Of a stretch of 42,524 nt of DNA, positions 27,001-35,317 are shown in pieces (the stretch's first letter is position 1; each line of letters begins with the position of its first letter). Position numbers and translations under genes: made by a program. The stretch is taken from the IMG/VR virus record IMGVR_UViG_3300037422_000050, positions 1 through 42,524 of that record; one strand, written 5' to 3'. Under the pieces are notes generated by a model, which saw only the letters and a program-made list of their open reading frames with translations, was not told the origin of the DNA and made no database searches. This stretch comes from a virus. Taxonomy: Duplodnaviria > Caudoviricetes.

Positions 27001-29706
27001 GTATCAATTGATCAAGCGGTTGCAGGACTCAAGTCCCTCAAAACTGGCTTGAATCGTATGATTCCTTTAAATAAACCTTATAAAGAGATCGCTCCAATTC
27101 TCCGCCAAGAGAAAGACATCCCAGGACATATGTTAGAGAAACTAGGACAACAATTAGTTTCTGGAGGTAAAGTCTACTCGGATATTAAAAACAATGCTGT
27201 TCTTCGTTATGTGGCGGACACTGTGAATAACATGGTCAGGACCAGGGATGCTACTACCTTTAAGATGCTCCGTGATCCTGAAATGGGAATGCTTGTTCCT
27301 TGGGAAAAACTGAATAAACAGGAACAAGCTCGTCTGTGGCAGACTATTGTGGCTCCAGAAAATTTCCGCATTCGCAGATTAACCGATGCTCAAATGGACG
27401 GGTATCGTTTTAGTCCAGCTATGAAGGACGCTTATAACAGAAGTATGGATCGTTTCCGTGACATTGCTACTTTAGTAAATGCTCTTAGGGAGGATCGTGG
27501 TCTCAAACCTATGGATGTAGTAGAGGGATACTGGCCTGCTAGATGGGGTGGTAATTACTACTTCGAAGTTTGGAATGCAGATCCTGCTCAGTTTCCTGAA
27601 GCCAAGATGCTCAGGGTTGAAGCTCGTGACTTCGAAGGCTCTCTGAAAGAGATTCGCAATCGTTTTGTTAAAGAACATCCCGAATACTTTGCGACTGAAG
27701 TTAAGTCACGTCCTCGTAGAGGGGACGCTAAGGAAGTTCGTGACTTGTTTGATAGCATAGTAGATGCCTTAGGTTCCAAATCCCTAGAAGCCGCCGAACT
27801 TCACGAAATCTTCTCCATGTACGGAGAATCCCAGGCTGCTCGCAGGAAAGGCTATTATAAACATTTCCAACCCACAATGGGAGTAGAAGGATTCCAAGGT
27901 CGTCGGCTTGAACAAAGCCCGCACAAGGCGGCTCTGGATGCCCTCAATTCTGCTGAGGGCTATGTTGTAGACGCTATGGACTATGTGGCTACACAGCGGA
28001 CATACAAGGACATAAATGCCCTGCGTTGGGATAAGGAATTGAATGCTCCCAACGCCAAACAATGGGCTGAGAAATACTGGAATCATGCTCAGGGAATTGA
28101 GACTCCGCTCGCTAGGATAATTAATCGTATGATGGAATATCCAGCCGAGGAGTTTGGTCTGCCCCGTAGGTTCTTTATAGACGGAGCAGGAGCTGCCAAG
28201 AACCAATTGATGTTATTCTTACTTGGCTACTGGAGACCTGTTTTCTTATTTACTCAAGCTTTCCAACCGTTTCAATTCATGGGAGCGCGACTACAGTACC
28301 TTGAAGTCTTGCATGGTAAACCTTTAATCGAGCTTCATTCCGCTAAAGCCATGGTCCACGGATTAAAAGATTGGTATGATTGGGCTGCTGGTAAAATGGA
28401 TAAAGACGCTACCAAGGTTTGGGAATATGCCCACGAGAATCGTCTGGTCGATCCTCACTTCTTAGAGGACATTAAAGATATTTCAGGAAAGCGGACTCGT
28501 GAGTGGTTAAAATGGGTAAACGGTCAAAAAGGCCTTCAAGGGACTGAAACTGCTGCGAGGATGTTAGCTTTATTCCAAGCATATCGTTTCTTCCAACGCA
28601 TGAAAGTCGAGAATGCTATTCCCGCAGCTGCGGATACTGTTGATGCGGCTATGACCAATTATATGAAGCATGAAAGGGCCATGCTTTACGGTAATCTTGG
28701 GATTGCTGGTAAGATGATGAGTCCTCTGACTACCTTTAAACACAACTTTTTCTCTCAAATGTACTTCTATGGGAAAGAAGTACTCAAGAACATGGGTGAT
28801 CCTGACATTGCCAGATTTGCGGCACCGTTAGCCACCTTCTTAACTGCCCAGTACCTCGTCGCGGGACTGATGGGTATGCCCGGACGTGAAGATATCGACT
28901 GGATTATCAACATGCTGCGGAACGCCGGCCTCATTGATCCTAGGACCCCGAATCTAACTCAGAAGATGTTGGCGGAAACGTCATCGCTTCAAGGGGAGAA
29001 GCGGGACCTGATTCGATATGGTGGCTTCTCTGCGTTGACTGGTGCGGACGTATCTCCGTCATTCGCGTCTGCCCAATTAATCCCCGATGAGGGCTGGAGC
29101 AGCCTGTTTCTTATTCCAGGAAAGGCTGCTGAAATGGTTGGAGCGGCGTGGCCTCTTGTAAAGGAGACTGCTAAAATGCCGTTTGGTGGGGAGGGTCCAA
29201 CCAGTACCCAGGCCAGAAGTGCTTTAAAACACTTCACTCCTCCGGGTCTGAAGTGGATTGAACAGGCCGTTAATCAAGATCCTAAGACTGGAATGCTTCG
29301 TAATCCTGACCAAAACATGGCGGGGACCGTGAAGCGTGGGCCATTCGAAAGCTCCTACAAGGAGCCTGAGTGGTTAACAGCTCTAGCCGGCAGCAGGGTA
29401 ATTCCTGAATCTGAACAATCACAGGCTGTTCTACAGTCCAAGAGACAGGAACAGGCCATTGAGGCCGAACGTTCTAGACTTATTGACAAAGCTGTAGAAA
29501 AATTGATTGATGGTAAACCTATAACTGAAGAAGCCCAAAAGTATCTAGCATTGGGCGGGTCTATGGCTCAATTCCAGAAACAGTTGGTGGAAGCTAGGAT
29601 GAAGCAATACACCACCTCCTATCAACGCGAGCGTGGGTTGCAACCTAAGACTCCGGGTCAAATCCAGAAGTATCAACGTATTGAGGAACAAGGTGCAAGG
29701 CAATAA
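24013..29706 (+). CDS. Large ejection/polyvalent protein (1897 aa) with ParB-like and zincin motifs
   Basis: N-terminal HEFPDDTP motif; HEGRHR at about 25789; HEILH at 26356 with downstream EFVAEAFSNPAFQ; helical C-terminus. Confidence 0.75.
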   Translation: MTISVKSYDGILHEFPDDTPDSVIDGVMRQYVKDNPAPTPFEPGAGPGGRGVSGAIQGLIQEIPNPVKDPLEEIAGIGAAAADLGTGLGGMIGGAVGAPVVAVQETLQGRPRTAVTEAWRYFEDAVAKSQIPDTYLGGRDSAMYKTLMSPFGMIAEGFNAAGDKGVRDSLKKMGMPDDIAQSFGDLAKLSLNAVPLVAGARISKPGSIEALQKGNEAARAAGTEHYIGQTAAYDTVRQVFPETRNMTDAQVVDFLEQRRQHAEALRQAQVDEAAVQSKFEAMDKAQEAQDRAAALPNEIAMEQQRLEAGRRVTDAKEAMQREMEALAEQYEGQKTGLEPRAPEGPGPIDVPRRKADRRPELGFTEYEAPPETIPFDRPTGPIQKSEGLFTRDVSNIDAQRVTAPQFGRSPATPSGIRGAVREFTPLPVGGGTKATTVGRGNLGGLGKRQGGAINPELFTGMAEVIGGLIGKSADELRQIPKERLGALLAQSGQGKEFMKKWAGTFQPRELAGAISNAGDPASRHTIVLMSPDDFHALAKARAPGVHDLNTLWGRSSESLRESIRGGLKDPDGLRQMPQLTVESNGPNTIVMSHEGRHRMDVFKEQGIELVPVIVTHRTLRWGQNPERSTHWVSEDYRNTVQAPDSIFFPKEKVLNNVAFNKANPSSSYTPGPAGIKEMARAGDVPAILKAIENDTSGFMAHKVLSKLIQKLPGELPRLHVGEISPSIEFKMGRGPLSRRSNFADFPLESGTIALYEPVSNTITLHPNLLKGDSYGIAKTVLHEILHSKVLNAQRYFGLMTHADLAKLGRADHDKYAAVKDMETLWNSVHNSEAIKGTLKNDKGEYVWYGLTSEIEFVAEAFSNPAFQAFLDKQKLSANQRALYSTYKPVPQTVFDAFITDMMKIFGWHGPEVHTALEAALRVGAEIMATEGKGASLDWITRQSILKDPQALDIVLAKEDMGSFKDSLPEHLKQYADSLWEQRQKNNAATLTKDSQQVSIDQAVAGLKSLKTGLNRMIPLNKPYKEIAPILRQEKDIPGHMLEKLGQQLVSGGKVYSDIKNNAVLRYVADTVNNMVRTRDATTFKMLRDPEMGMLVPWEKLNKQEQARLWQTIVAPENFRIRRLTDAQMDGYRFSPAMKDAYNRSMDRFRDIATLVNALREDRGLKPMDVVEGYWPARWGGNYYFEVWNADPAQFPEAKMLRVEARDFEGSLKEIRNRFVKEHPEYFATEVKSRPRRGDAKEVRDLFDSIVDALGSKSLEAAELHEIFSMYGESQAARRKGYYKHFQPTMGVEGFQGRRLEQSPHKAALDALNSAEGYVVDAMDYVATQRTYKDINALRWDKELNAPNAKQWAEKYWNHAQGIETPLARIINRMMEYPAEEFGLPRRFFIDGAGAAKNQLMLFLLGYWRPVFLFTQAFQPFQFMGARLQYLEVLHGKPLIELHSAKAMVHGLKDWYDWAAGKMDKDATKVWEYAHENRLVDPHFLEDIKDISGKRTREWLKWVNGQKGLQGTETAARMLALFQAYRFFQRMKVENAIPAAADTVDAAMTNYMKHERAMLYGNLGIAGKMMSPLTTFKHNFFSQMYFYGKEVLKNMGDPDIARFAAPLATFLTAQYLVAGLMGMPGREDIDWIINMLRNAGLIDPRTPNLTQKMLAETSSLQGEKRDLIRYGGFSALTGADVSPSFASAQLIPDEGWSSLFLIPGKAAEMVGAAWPLVKETAKMPFGGEGPTSTQARSALKHFTPPGLKWIEQAVNQDPKTGMLRNPDQNMAGTVKRGPFESSYKEPEWLTALAGSRVIPESEQSQAVLQSKRQEQAIEAERSRLIDKAVEKLIDGKPITEEAQKYLALGGSMAQFQKQLVEARMKQYTTSYQRERGLQPKTPGQIQKYQRIEEQGARQ

Positions 29707-30181
29707 TCGTTACCAGAAAGCGTTAGGTTTCACGCTTGAAATTGAAACCGGGAACGATCTAGTGAACGGTGGTTATACTAACGATCCAGATGACCCCGGC
29801 GGGGAAACCAAATGGGGAATTTCCAAGCGGGCAAACCCTGATCTGAATATTGCCAATTTATCCCTTGAGGACGCCATTAATATCTACTATCATAGATATT
29901 GGGAACCCCTTTGGTCAGCTCCTTTCAATGAAAAGGATACCTCTTGGGCTTTTGGCGCAGTGGCATTTGATTCGGCTGTGCATCATGGAGTTGGTAGGGT
30001 TAGGGGATGGATGCGTGAAGCGTCTAGAACTGCCCCTTACGACTGGCGTTCTTTACTTAAAATTAGAAAAGCATTTATAGAGAAAATTGTCCATCCTAAG
30101 TACATCAGGGGATGGCGGAATAGATTAAATAAACTGGACAAATACGCAACCATTTTGGAGCAAGACTATGCTAACTCTTGA
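29693..30181 (+). CDS. Endolysin, glycoside hydrolase family 108
   Basis: GGYTNDPDDPGGETKWGIS, A..IY...YW, FDSAVHHG, YIRGWRNR. In-frame GTG at 29693 with GAGG SD is preferred over 29633. Confidence 0.85.
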   Translation: MQGNNRYQKALGFTLEIETGNDLVNGGYTNDPDDPGGETKWGISKRANPDLNIANLSLEDAINIYYHRYWEPLWSAPFNEKDTSWAFGAVAFDSAVHHGVGRVRGWMREASRTAPYDWRSLLKIRKAFIEKIVHPKYIRGWRNRLNKLDKYATILEQDYANS

Positions 30182-30716
30182 ACAACTACTTATGATGTTA
30201 CAAGGGGGACAAATGCCTCCCCCGATGCAACAACAGCAACAACCACAACCAATGATGCCTCAGGCTCCGATGCCCCAAGGACAGGTACCGGGGGGTGGGA
30301 TGCCGAGTCACGGAATGCCTCCCGGTACTCAATTCAGTGCAGGTCGGGTAGGGCCGATGGACCGTGGGCCAATTACCCAAGATCCTCTTAGGATGGCACA
30401 AATGGCTATGGGAGGTATAGCGTCTGCTGGCTTACCTATTGGCCTGGGTGCTGGTGGTATGGGGGCTGCTGGGGGCTTGGCTCGAAACGCGGCTACTAAC
30501 GCGCTACGTGATCCCGCCGAAGCGATGTTTGCTCGGGGCCTTCCGGGTGCCCCTGGAATGGGCGGTGTGGGGGGTATGGGCAGTCAGGCGGGAAGGATTG
30601 ATCCGCGACTTCTGCTGGGCGCAGGTGCGGTAGGAGGCCCGGCGGCTGCTGTAGCGCCAGACATCCTAGAACTGATTAAGCGATTACGTGAACGAGGTGC
30701 TGCTATTCCTCGATAA
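30168..30716 (+). CDS. Low-complexity Gln/Pro/Met/Gly-rich protein
   Basis: GGAG SD; ends exactly at the terminator; function not recognised. Confidence 0.6.
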   Translation: MLTLEQLLMMLQGGQMPPPMQQQQQPQPMMPQAPMPQGQVPGGGMPSHGMPPGTQFSAGRVGPMDRGPITQDPLRMAQMAMGGIASAGLPIGLGAGGMGAAGGLARNAATNALRDPAEAMFARGLPGAPGMGGVGGMGSQAGRIDPRLLLGAGAVGGPAAAVAPDILELIKRLRERGAAIPR

Positions 30717-30740
30717 AAAAGGGGGCCGAAGCCCCCTTTT
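30715..30740. terminator. Bidirectional Rho-independent terminator between the converging arms
   Basis: AAAAAA-GGGGGC-CGAA-GCCCCC-TTTT between stops at 30716 (+) and 30745 (-). Confidence 0.9.
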
Positions 30741-30744
30741 CTAC

Positions 30745-31191
30745 CTAGTCTAATGTTAGAATCGTGAATGGTGCTCTTGTATAAGGATCAACAGCAGAGG
30801 CAATCTCCATTGCCTGATCTAGTGTAGCTCCAGCATACAGAGCACCCCACGCTGCTTTACCTCCAGAACCAATAGCGTAAAAATCCATAGCAACAATCTC
30901 TGGATAGGGATCAGTAGTTGACATAAACTTAATCCCTTCCTCGTCTACTACCAATAAGATCGCCTCATGCTCAGTACCCGCTTGGGTACTGAACTTGGGG
31001 CGTTTCTTTTCGTTGAATCCAGTCTCAGCCCAATCAAGAAATCTAGTACAATCACCACCATCGCCTGCGGCACCAAAGAGCTTACCCTTGATTTTCCGGA
31101 CCTTGATGGTCGGATATTGCATAGATTTCGCTTCAAGAATCACCATCGAGTCCCCGGCGATCTGCGTGCGAGTCGCTGCAATCGTCGTCAT
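30745..31191 (-). CDS. HslV/proteasome-beta-like NTN hydrolase
   Basis: Start MTTIAA with AAGGAGG SD giving an N-terminal Thr; IAGDS, GAAGD, YAIGSGG, DPYT. Confidence 0.8.
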   Translation of the reverse strand: MTTIAATRTQIAGDSMVILEAKSMQYPTIKVRKIKGKLFGAAGDGGDCTRFLDWAETGFNEKKRPKFSTQAGTEHEAILLVVDEEGIKFMSTTDPYPEIVAMDFYAIGSGGKAAWGALYAGATLDQAMEIASAVDPYTRAPFTILTLD

Positions 31192-31318
31192 CATGCCCTC
31201 CTTGTATGTAATCTCGGATAGCCTCTTCAGCTTCCTCAGTTTGGATTTCACGAAGCATTTTACGCCTCGCAGGTTTCACACCTTCTCGTTCAATCTTGAA
31301 GTTCTTGTTCCAGCTCAT
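31133..31318 (-). CDS. Small hypothetical protein
   Basis: MSWNKNFK... fills the gap in the minus-strand operon and overlaps both neighbours. Confidence 0.4.
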   Translation of the reverse strand: MSWNKNFKIEREGVKPARRKMLREIQTEEAEEAIRDYIQGGHDDDDCSDSHADRRGLDGDS

Positions 31319-31448
31319 CTGCACGGTCTTCAATATAGTCAGTAAATCGCTCTACGAGATCCTCTGACGAGATTTCCAACACCTCTAGAAGATCGATCTC
31401 ATCGAGGCGCATAAGTCTTTCCTTGATCTCGTTCAGAGTAAGAGCCAT
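31290..31448 (-). CDS. Small acidic protein (52 aa); not in the ORF track
   Basis: MALTLNEIKERLMRLDEIDLLEVLEISSEDLVERFTDYIEDRADELEQELQD; TAATG-coupled to the upstream gene. Confidence 0.7.
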   Translation of the reverse strand: MALTLNEIKERLMRLDEIDLLEVLEISSEDLVERFTDYIEDRADELEQELQD

Positions 31449-31861
31449 TACTTCACCGAACCTTTCAGACCCAGGTAGAGTCGTTCGCCAAAAATAAAAC
31501 TAAACGGAATACCAATCAAATCCATGGACAAAGGTAAAACTACCCCAAGTAATTCCTCGTTAGTAACAGCAACCGAGAAAAGACCCACATAGCCAAGCCC
31601 GATGCCACAAAGAATAGAAATACCAGCAGCGATATAGCGGAAAGAGGCACGTAAATCAACAACCCACTGAGAAGGCGATCCCACGACTTTGTCGAGCTCT
31701 GATACCGCTTTGAGACGCTCGACTTGAGCCCCCTCCAGCTTGATTTGATCATCGACCGATAAACCGAGAAACCTGCGTTGAGCCGCACCAAATACCCCCT
31801 TTACTGCATCAATGGCTGCCGGCAAAAGAGCAGGCAGGATTAGAGTTAATAGACTTCCCAT
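31448..31861 (-). CDS. Putative holin (3TM type)
   Basis: N-terminal hydrophobic helix, SQWVVDLRASFRY, two further hydrophobic segments, FGER. Confidence 0.65.
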   Translation of the reverse strand: MGSLLTLILPALLPAAIDAVKGVFGAAQRRFLGLSVDDQIKLEGAQVERLKAVSELDKVVGSPSQWVVDLRASFRYIAAGISILCGIGLGYVGLFSVAVTNEELLGVVLPLSMDLIGIPFSFIFGERLYLGLKGSVK

Positions 31862-31863
31862 TG

Positions 31864-32280
31864 TTATTCCTTAAGTAATTTAATTAGTGTATTGATATCA
31901 AAAGCTACACCATTGGCAAATGCATACATCACATCCCAACGATCCGGCTCTCTATCAAAGAGTACATATGCTTTCTTACCAATACCAACACCATAACCTA
32001 GTTCCAAATGTCCACTTTTTCCAGCGGGCATGACCAGTACAACCGCATCACACCTGTTAAGATGGTACTTATCAAATTCGAAGACGTGTCTGGCTGCCCA
32101 CGATTGAAGCGCCTCATCATAGTGCACTCCCTTCGTTTTCTCATACTCTTGCCACGAATCATCAGCTGTCGGACCTGCTGCAAACCAGTCGTCGAATACC
32201 TCATGACCTTCATTTCGGAGCATATCAGCATATTTAGGAATCTCTGGATTACGAAGAGACCCGACCAGGTATATGATCAT
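31864..32280 (-). CDS. Nucleoside 2-deoxyribosyltransferase-like (N-glycosidase fold) protein
   Basis: IYLVGS, FEFDKYHLNRCDAVVLV, GKSGHLELGY. Confidence 0.75.
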   Translation of the reverse strand: MIIYLVGSLRNPEIPKYADMLRNEGHEVFDDWFAAGPTADDSWQEYEKTKGVHYDEALQSWAARHVFEFDKYHLNRCDAVVLVMPAGKSGHLELGYGVGIGKKAYVLFDREPDRWDVMYAFANGVAFDINTLIKLLKE

Positions 32281-32770
32281 TTACCTCAATCTCCTGTACT
32301 TTAACGCCACATGAATAAGCATACTGCCTGGACTTCTCAAAAGCCTTTTCCCATCGAAGATTCGCCTCTTTTGAAGGCTTCAAAGAGACAATAGAACTAA
32401 TCCCCGCTTGAATTATCATGACCATACACCGATCACATGGAATAAAAGGGTAGGTATACAAAGTATACCCTCGAACATTTTCTCTAGAGTTTAACAGAGC
32501 ATTAATTTCCGCGTGAATGATCCTAGAGAGTTTCTCCTCTCGGTCTTCGTATAAAGATTTAGTATCTAACATAGACCTAGGGAATCCATTATATCCTAGA
32601 GAACATACAGTTTTATCAGGACGTACAATTACAGCACCCACTTGAGTACTGGGGTCCTTCGACCACGAGCTAACCTCTTTAGCCAGGTTTAAGAACCTGT
32701 GAGCCCACTTCTCATATCGAGGGGAAATAGCAGTCCCCATGAAATCAAGAGCTAGTTGACTTACGGGCAT
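32249..32770 (-). CDS. dCMP deaminase
   Basis: SKDPSTQVGAVIV, GYNGFP, HAEINA, PCDRC zinc motifs. Confidence 0.92.
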   Translation of the reverse strand: MPVSQLALDFMGTAISPRYEKWAHRFLNLAKEVSSWSKDPSTQVGAVIVRPDKTVCSLGYNGFPRSMLDTKSLYEDREEKLSRIIHAEINALLNSRENVRGYTLYTYPFIPCDRCMVMIIQAGISSIVSLKPSKEANLRWEKAFEKSRQYAYSCGVKVQEIEVNDHIPGRVSS

Positions 32771-33095
32771 TTTGAATTGTCAACTCCAGTTCGGCAAGTT
32801 TGTTCCAACATTCATGTGCTAAATGGAGGATTTTGGTGTCTGGGTCGTAACTTTCACCCCTCTTCCTTGCGAGATAGTGTCTTCCAGCCGCATCTGCATA
32901 TCTTGCAATTCCGTCTGGGACAAATAGCCAGCCGTTAGGAGAGTATTTGTTAGCGCCGTAAGTACCGACGCTTGAGATCTCAGTAAGAGCGTTAGCAAAC
33001 TGACCGAGAACAAGATCGACTCGGAGTTTACCCGCGTCAAGCTTTGCTCCGGGCTCATGTTGTCCAATTCCGTTTGGGTCATGTTCATTTGTCAT
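32745..33095 (-). CDS. dATP/dGTP diphosphohydrolase-domain protein (DUF5664)
   Basis: GAKLDAGK, YGANKYSPNGW, RYADAAGRH, DPDTKILHLAH..WN. Confidence 0.8.
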   Translation of the reverse strand: MTNEHDPNGIGQHEPGAKLDAGKLRVDLVLGQFANALTEISSVGTYGANKYSPNGWLFVPDGIARYADAAGRHYLARKRGESYDPDTKILHLAHECWNKLAELELTIQNARKSTSS

Positions 33096-33913
33096 TCTCC
33101 ACCTTTTGTTGCCACGAGTTGTTCATCCGCTTTCGGCGGGTTAAAGGACTTTCCACGATATTTTCTTTCGAGATACTTGATAGAAACGGGCATTTCGTCG
33201 AACGAACCATCCTGAACTTCGTGGAACATATAAATCCCTCTCCAGTGCTGGTTAGTGAAGGGGCTGAGATAGTCCTCATCGTGCAAATAAAAGCTGCCGG
33301 TAATGAGAGCTGTAATGCTGCGTCCATCAGCTCTCTTTCCGTATGCAATATCTCGTCCCTGTTGATGCCCCGCCACCGCTGACATATGGAATCTAGTAAG
33401 CATTGCTCTGGCCGAAACACAAGGTCTCCCTAACTGACCAGAAGGAAAGTAATGACAATAAGCAACACCGTCCAGAACGATAGGTTCCAAAAAGGGGATC
33501 GTGCGCCAGCCAAAGTCTTCGTATTGAAGATCTCCCAGACTGAGTACACCGTCCAACTTAGGATCAGAATCCACGGCACGATTAATGCGATCTTCATGAT
33601 TTCCATATGTTAATACCAAATTAGGCTTATAACGTTTTTCATGGTTTTTCTTAGCCCATGCATTGTATTCCCATAAAGGGGTGAGGAGTCTCCTCATCCC
33701 CTCATGAGCAGCATTGATGTCATCCTTGTACCGACGACCTTCGAATTGTTTCTTTCCAATATCATAGGACGAAAGAGAAGGCATATCAGCAAAGTCCCCA
33801 ATCATTACCACAACATCCGGTTTCTTATCCACCATGTACCTCCCTGCCCACTCTAAATGGTCAAGGGGGACCCCAGGTTTTACCTGAGTATCAGGAATCA
33901 GCATGTGTTTCAA
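33092..33913 (-). CDS. Calcineurin-like metallophosphoesterase
   Basis: IPDTQ, IGDFAD, GNHE, CHY and GHQQ motifs. Confidence 0.85.
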   Translation of the reverse strand: MKHMLIPDTQVKPGVPLDHLEWAGRYMVDKKPDVVVMIGDFADMPSLSSYDIGKKQFEGRRYKDDINAAHEGMRRLLTPLWEYNAWAKKNHEKRYKPNLVLTYGNHEDRINRAVDSDPKLDGVLSLGDLQYEDFGWRTIPFLEPIVLDGVAYCHYFPSGQLGRPCVSARAMLTRFHMSAVAGHQQGRDIAYGKRADGRSITALITGSFYLHDEDYLSPFTNQHWRGIYMFHEVQDGSFDEMPVSIKYLERKYRGKSFNPPKADEQLVATKGGE

Positions 33914-34107
33914 TTAATCGTTTCCTTCTCTTTTTCTTGCATAGCTACAGCTTGCTCAGGAGTAATATTTACATTTCCATCAAGTTTACCAGTCATCCAT
34001 AGAGTGATAATAGCAAACTCAATTAATGCCTTTTGAGTCTCATCATCCACGTCTCCTGAAAATTGTACTGTACCAATAGGAGTCTCGGCTTCAAATTTAA
34101 TGTGCAT
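33910..34107 (-). CDS. Small hypothetical protein
   Basis: MHIKFEAETPIG...; fits the tightly packed operon. Confidence 0.55.
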   Translation of the reverse strand: MHIKFEAETPIGTVQFSGDVDDETQKALIEFAIITLWMTGKLDGNVNITPEQAVAMQEKEKETIN

Positions 34108-34453
34108 AATCAGATAGCCTTGCATATGCATTGAAGAACCACTGAGCATCTACAACAACTAGAGGTCTGCGGCGATTAGCTTCAATAATAAGTAATGGAA
34201 TGCCAGAATAATCGTTAGAATGCTCGACTGCTTGATCATAATACTCATAAACAGCAAACTTAGCATGTTTCTTACATTCAATAGCAAAAGGCCAAACATT
34301 GGCCCCAAGGGCACTAAATGTAATATCAGGACCAGTGACCCCACTAGGAGTTACGGAAACGTCTCGTGGGTCCAATCCACCTACTTGACGAAGCCAAGTA
34401 GCTACCTTTGTAGCCAGAGATCTTCCTTTAGCTTTAGCAGATTTAGTTTTCAT
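34097..34453 (-). CDS. Holliday junction resolvase-like PD-(D/E)xK nuclease
   Basis: SAKAKGR, GPDI, FAIECK, PLLII motifs. Confidence 0.8.
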   Translation of the reverse strand: MKTKSAKAKGRSLATKVATWLRQVGGLDPRDVSVTPSGVTGPDITFSALGANVWPFAIECKKHAKFAVYEYYDQAVEHSNDYSGIPLLIIEANRRRPLVVVDAQWFFNAYARLSDYAH

Positions 34454-34655
34454 TAACTAATTCCTCCACAATATCTAAAGGACAATTGGCTTCTCTAATT
34501 TTCCCGTCAGATCGCCATGCGACAGGGACCCAACATTCAAGTTTGGTGCTATAGTATGCTCCATGGAGGGGATGTTCTCCCCCAGCAAAGGATGTGTAGA
34601 TTCTAGCTGTAGCTCCTCCGCGTAAACGGACAAAGGGAAACTCAACTGCTTGCAT
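34443..34655 (-). CDS. Small hypothetical protein overlapping the exonuclease 3' end
   Basis: 70-aa ORF with HPLHGAYY...WVPVAW..DG; its stop overlaps the resolvase start region. Confidence 0.5.
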   Translation of the reverse strand: MQAVEFPFVRLRGGATARIYTSFAGGEHPLHGAYYSTKLECWVPVAWRSDGKIREANCPLDIVEELVNEN

Positions 34656-35317
34656 TCAGGGGGTTCCCGCAATACCCAAATAAGACGGGCATTGAGATAA
34701 AAATCATTGTCGCCATCGCCATGAGTACGATATACATCACGAGCTGCACAGAAGAGATCGTGGGGATTTTCACATCCTTCGAGATACTTGGGAGCTTTTT
34801 GTTTTCCAATGCCTTTGCACCCTTTAATAAAGTCGGAGGAATCTCCGACTAAGACATGAGTATAGAATGACTTTAGGCCACTCCACTCGGTAACAGATTC
34901 CTCAACGCCAGTAACCCAATTAAAATGAGTACCGGGAATCTGTAACAAGTCCTTATCAATTGAACAAATTACACAGTCTTGGTAACCAAGATTTTTAGCA
35001 GCAATGCCTAAGGCATCGTCAGCCTCACAACCTTCGGTCAGAGTAGCCCCATGATCAAGTACAAGATACTCCCTCACATCCTCAAGATGTTTAGGACGGG
35101 GGGCTTTGCGATTAGATTTATATTCAGGATAGATCTTATATCGGAAATTCGTAGACGGGTCCCCAGAAAGAAAAATTGTGAGTTCTCCCTCTGGGTACCG
35201 TTGGCGAAGGTCACGGAGAGTCGCTGCTGCCCTCCAGCAGGCAATGTGAGACTCCTCATTCTCAGCACTGGCAGCTGCCCGAAAAGCGACAATATCCCCG
35301 TCAACCAAAAGTTTCAT
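34475..35317 (-). CDS. 5'-3' exonuclease / RNase H (T7 gp6-like, FEN family)
   Basis: LVDGDI, FRY..YPEYKSNR, EADD, SIDKDLLQIPG, GDSSD.IKG..GIG. Confidence 0.92.
   Translation of the reverse strand: MKLLVDGDIVAFRAAASAENEESHIACWRAAATLRDLRQRYPEGELTIFLSGDPSTNFRYKIYPEYKSNRKAPRPKHLEDVREYLVLDHGATLTEGCEADDALGIAAKNLGYQDCVICSIDKDLLQIPGTHFNWVTGVEESVTEWSGLKSFYTHVLVGDSSDFIKGCKGIGKQKAPKYLEGCENPHDLFCAARDVYRTHGDGDNDFYLNARLIWVLREPPECKQLSFPLSVYAEELQLESTHPLLGENIPSMEHTIAPNLNVGSLSHGDLTGKLEKPIVL

Noticed and set aside
24013-29706. Virion RNA polymerase as in N4-like phages
   Set aside because: No recognisable polymerase catalytic motifs, and the protein is much shorter than N4 vRNAP.
32745-33095. Z-genome (2-aminoadenine) pathway
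   Set aside because: No PurZ-like or DatZ-like gene is visible in the window; DUF5664 alone is insufficient.
33085-33420. Same-strand alternative-frame ORFs inside the phosphoesterase and helicase (also 39091-39522 and 39529-39882)
   Set aside because: Fully or almost fully nested in well-supported genes, with no motifs or SD.
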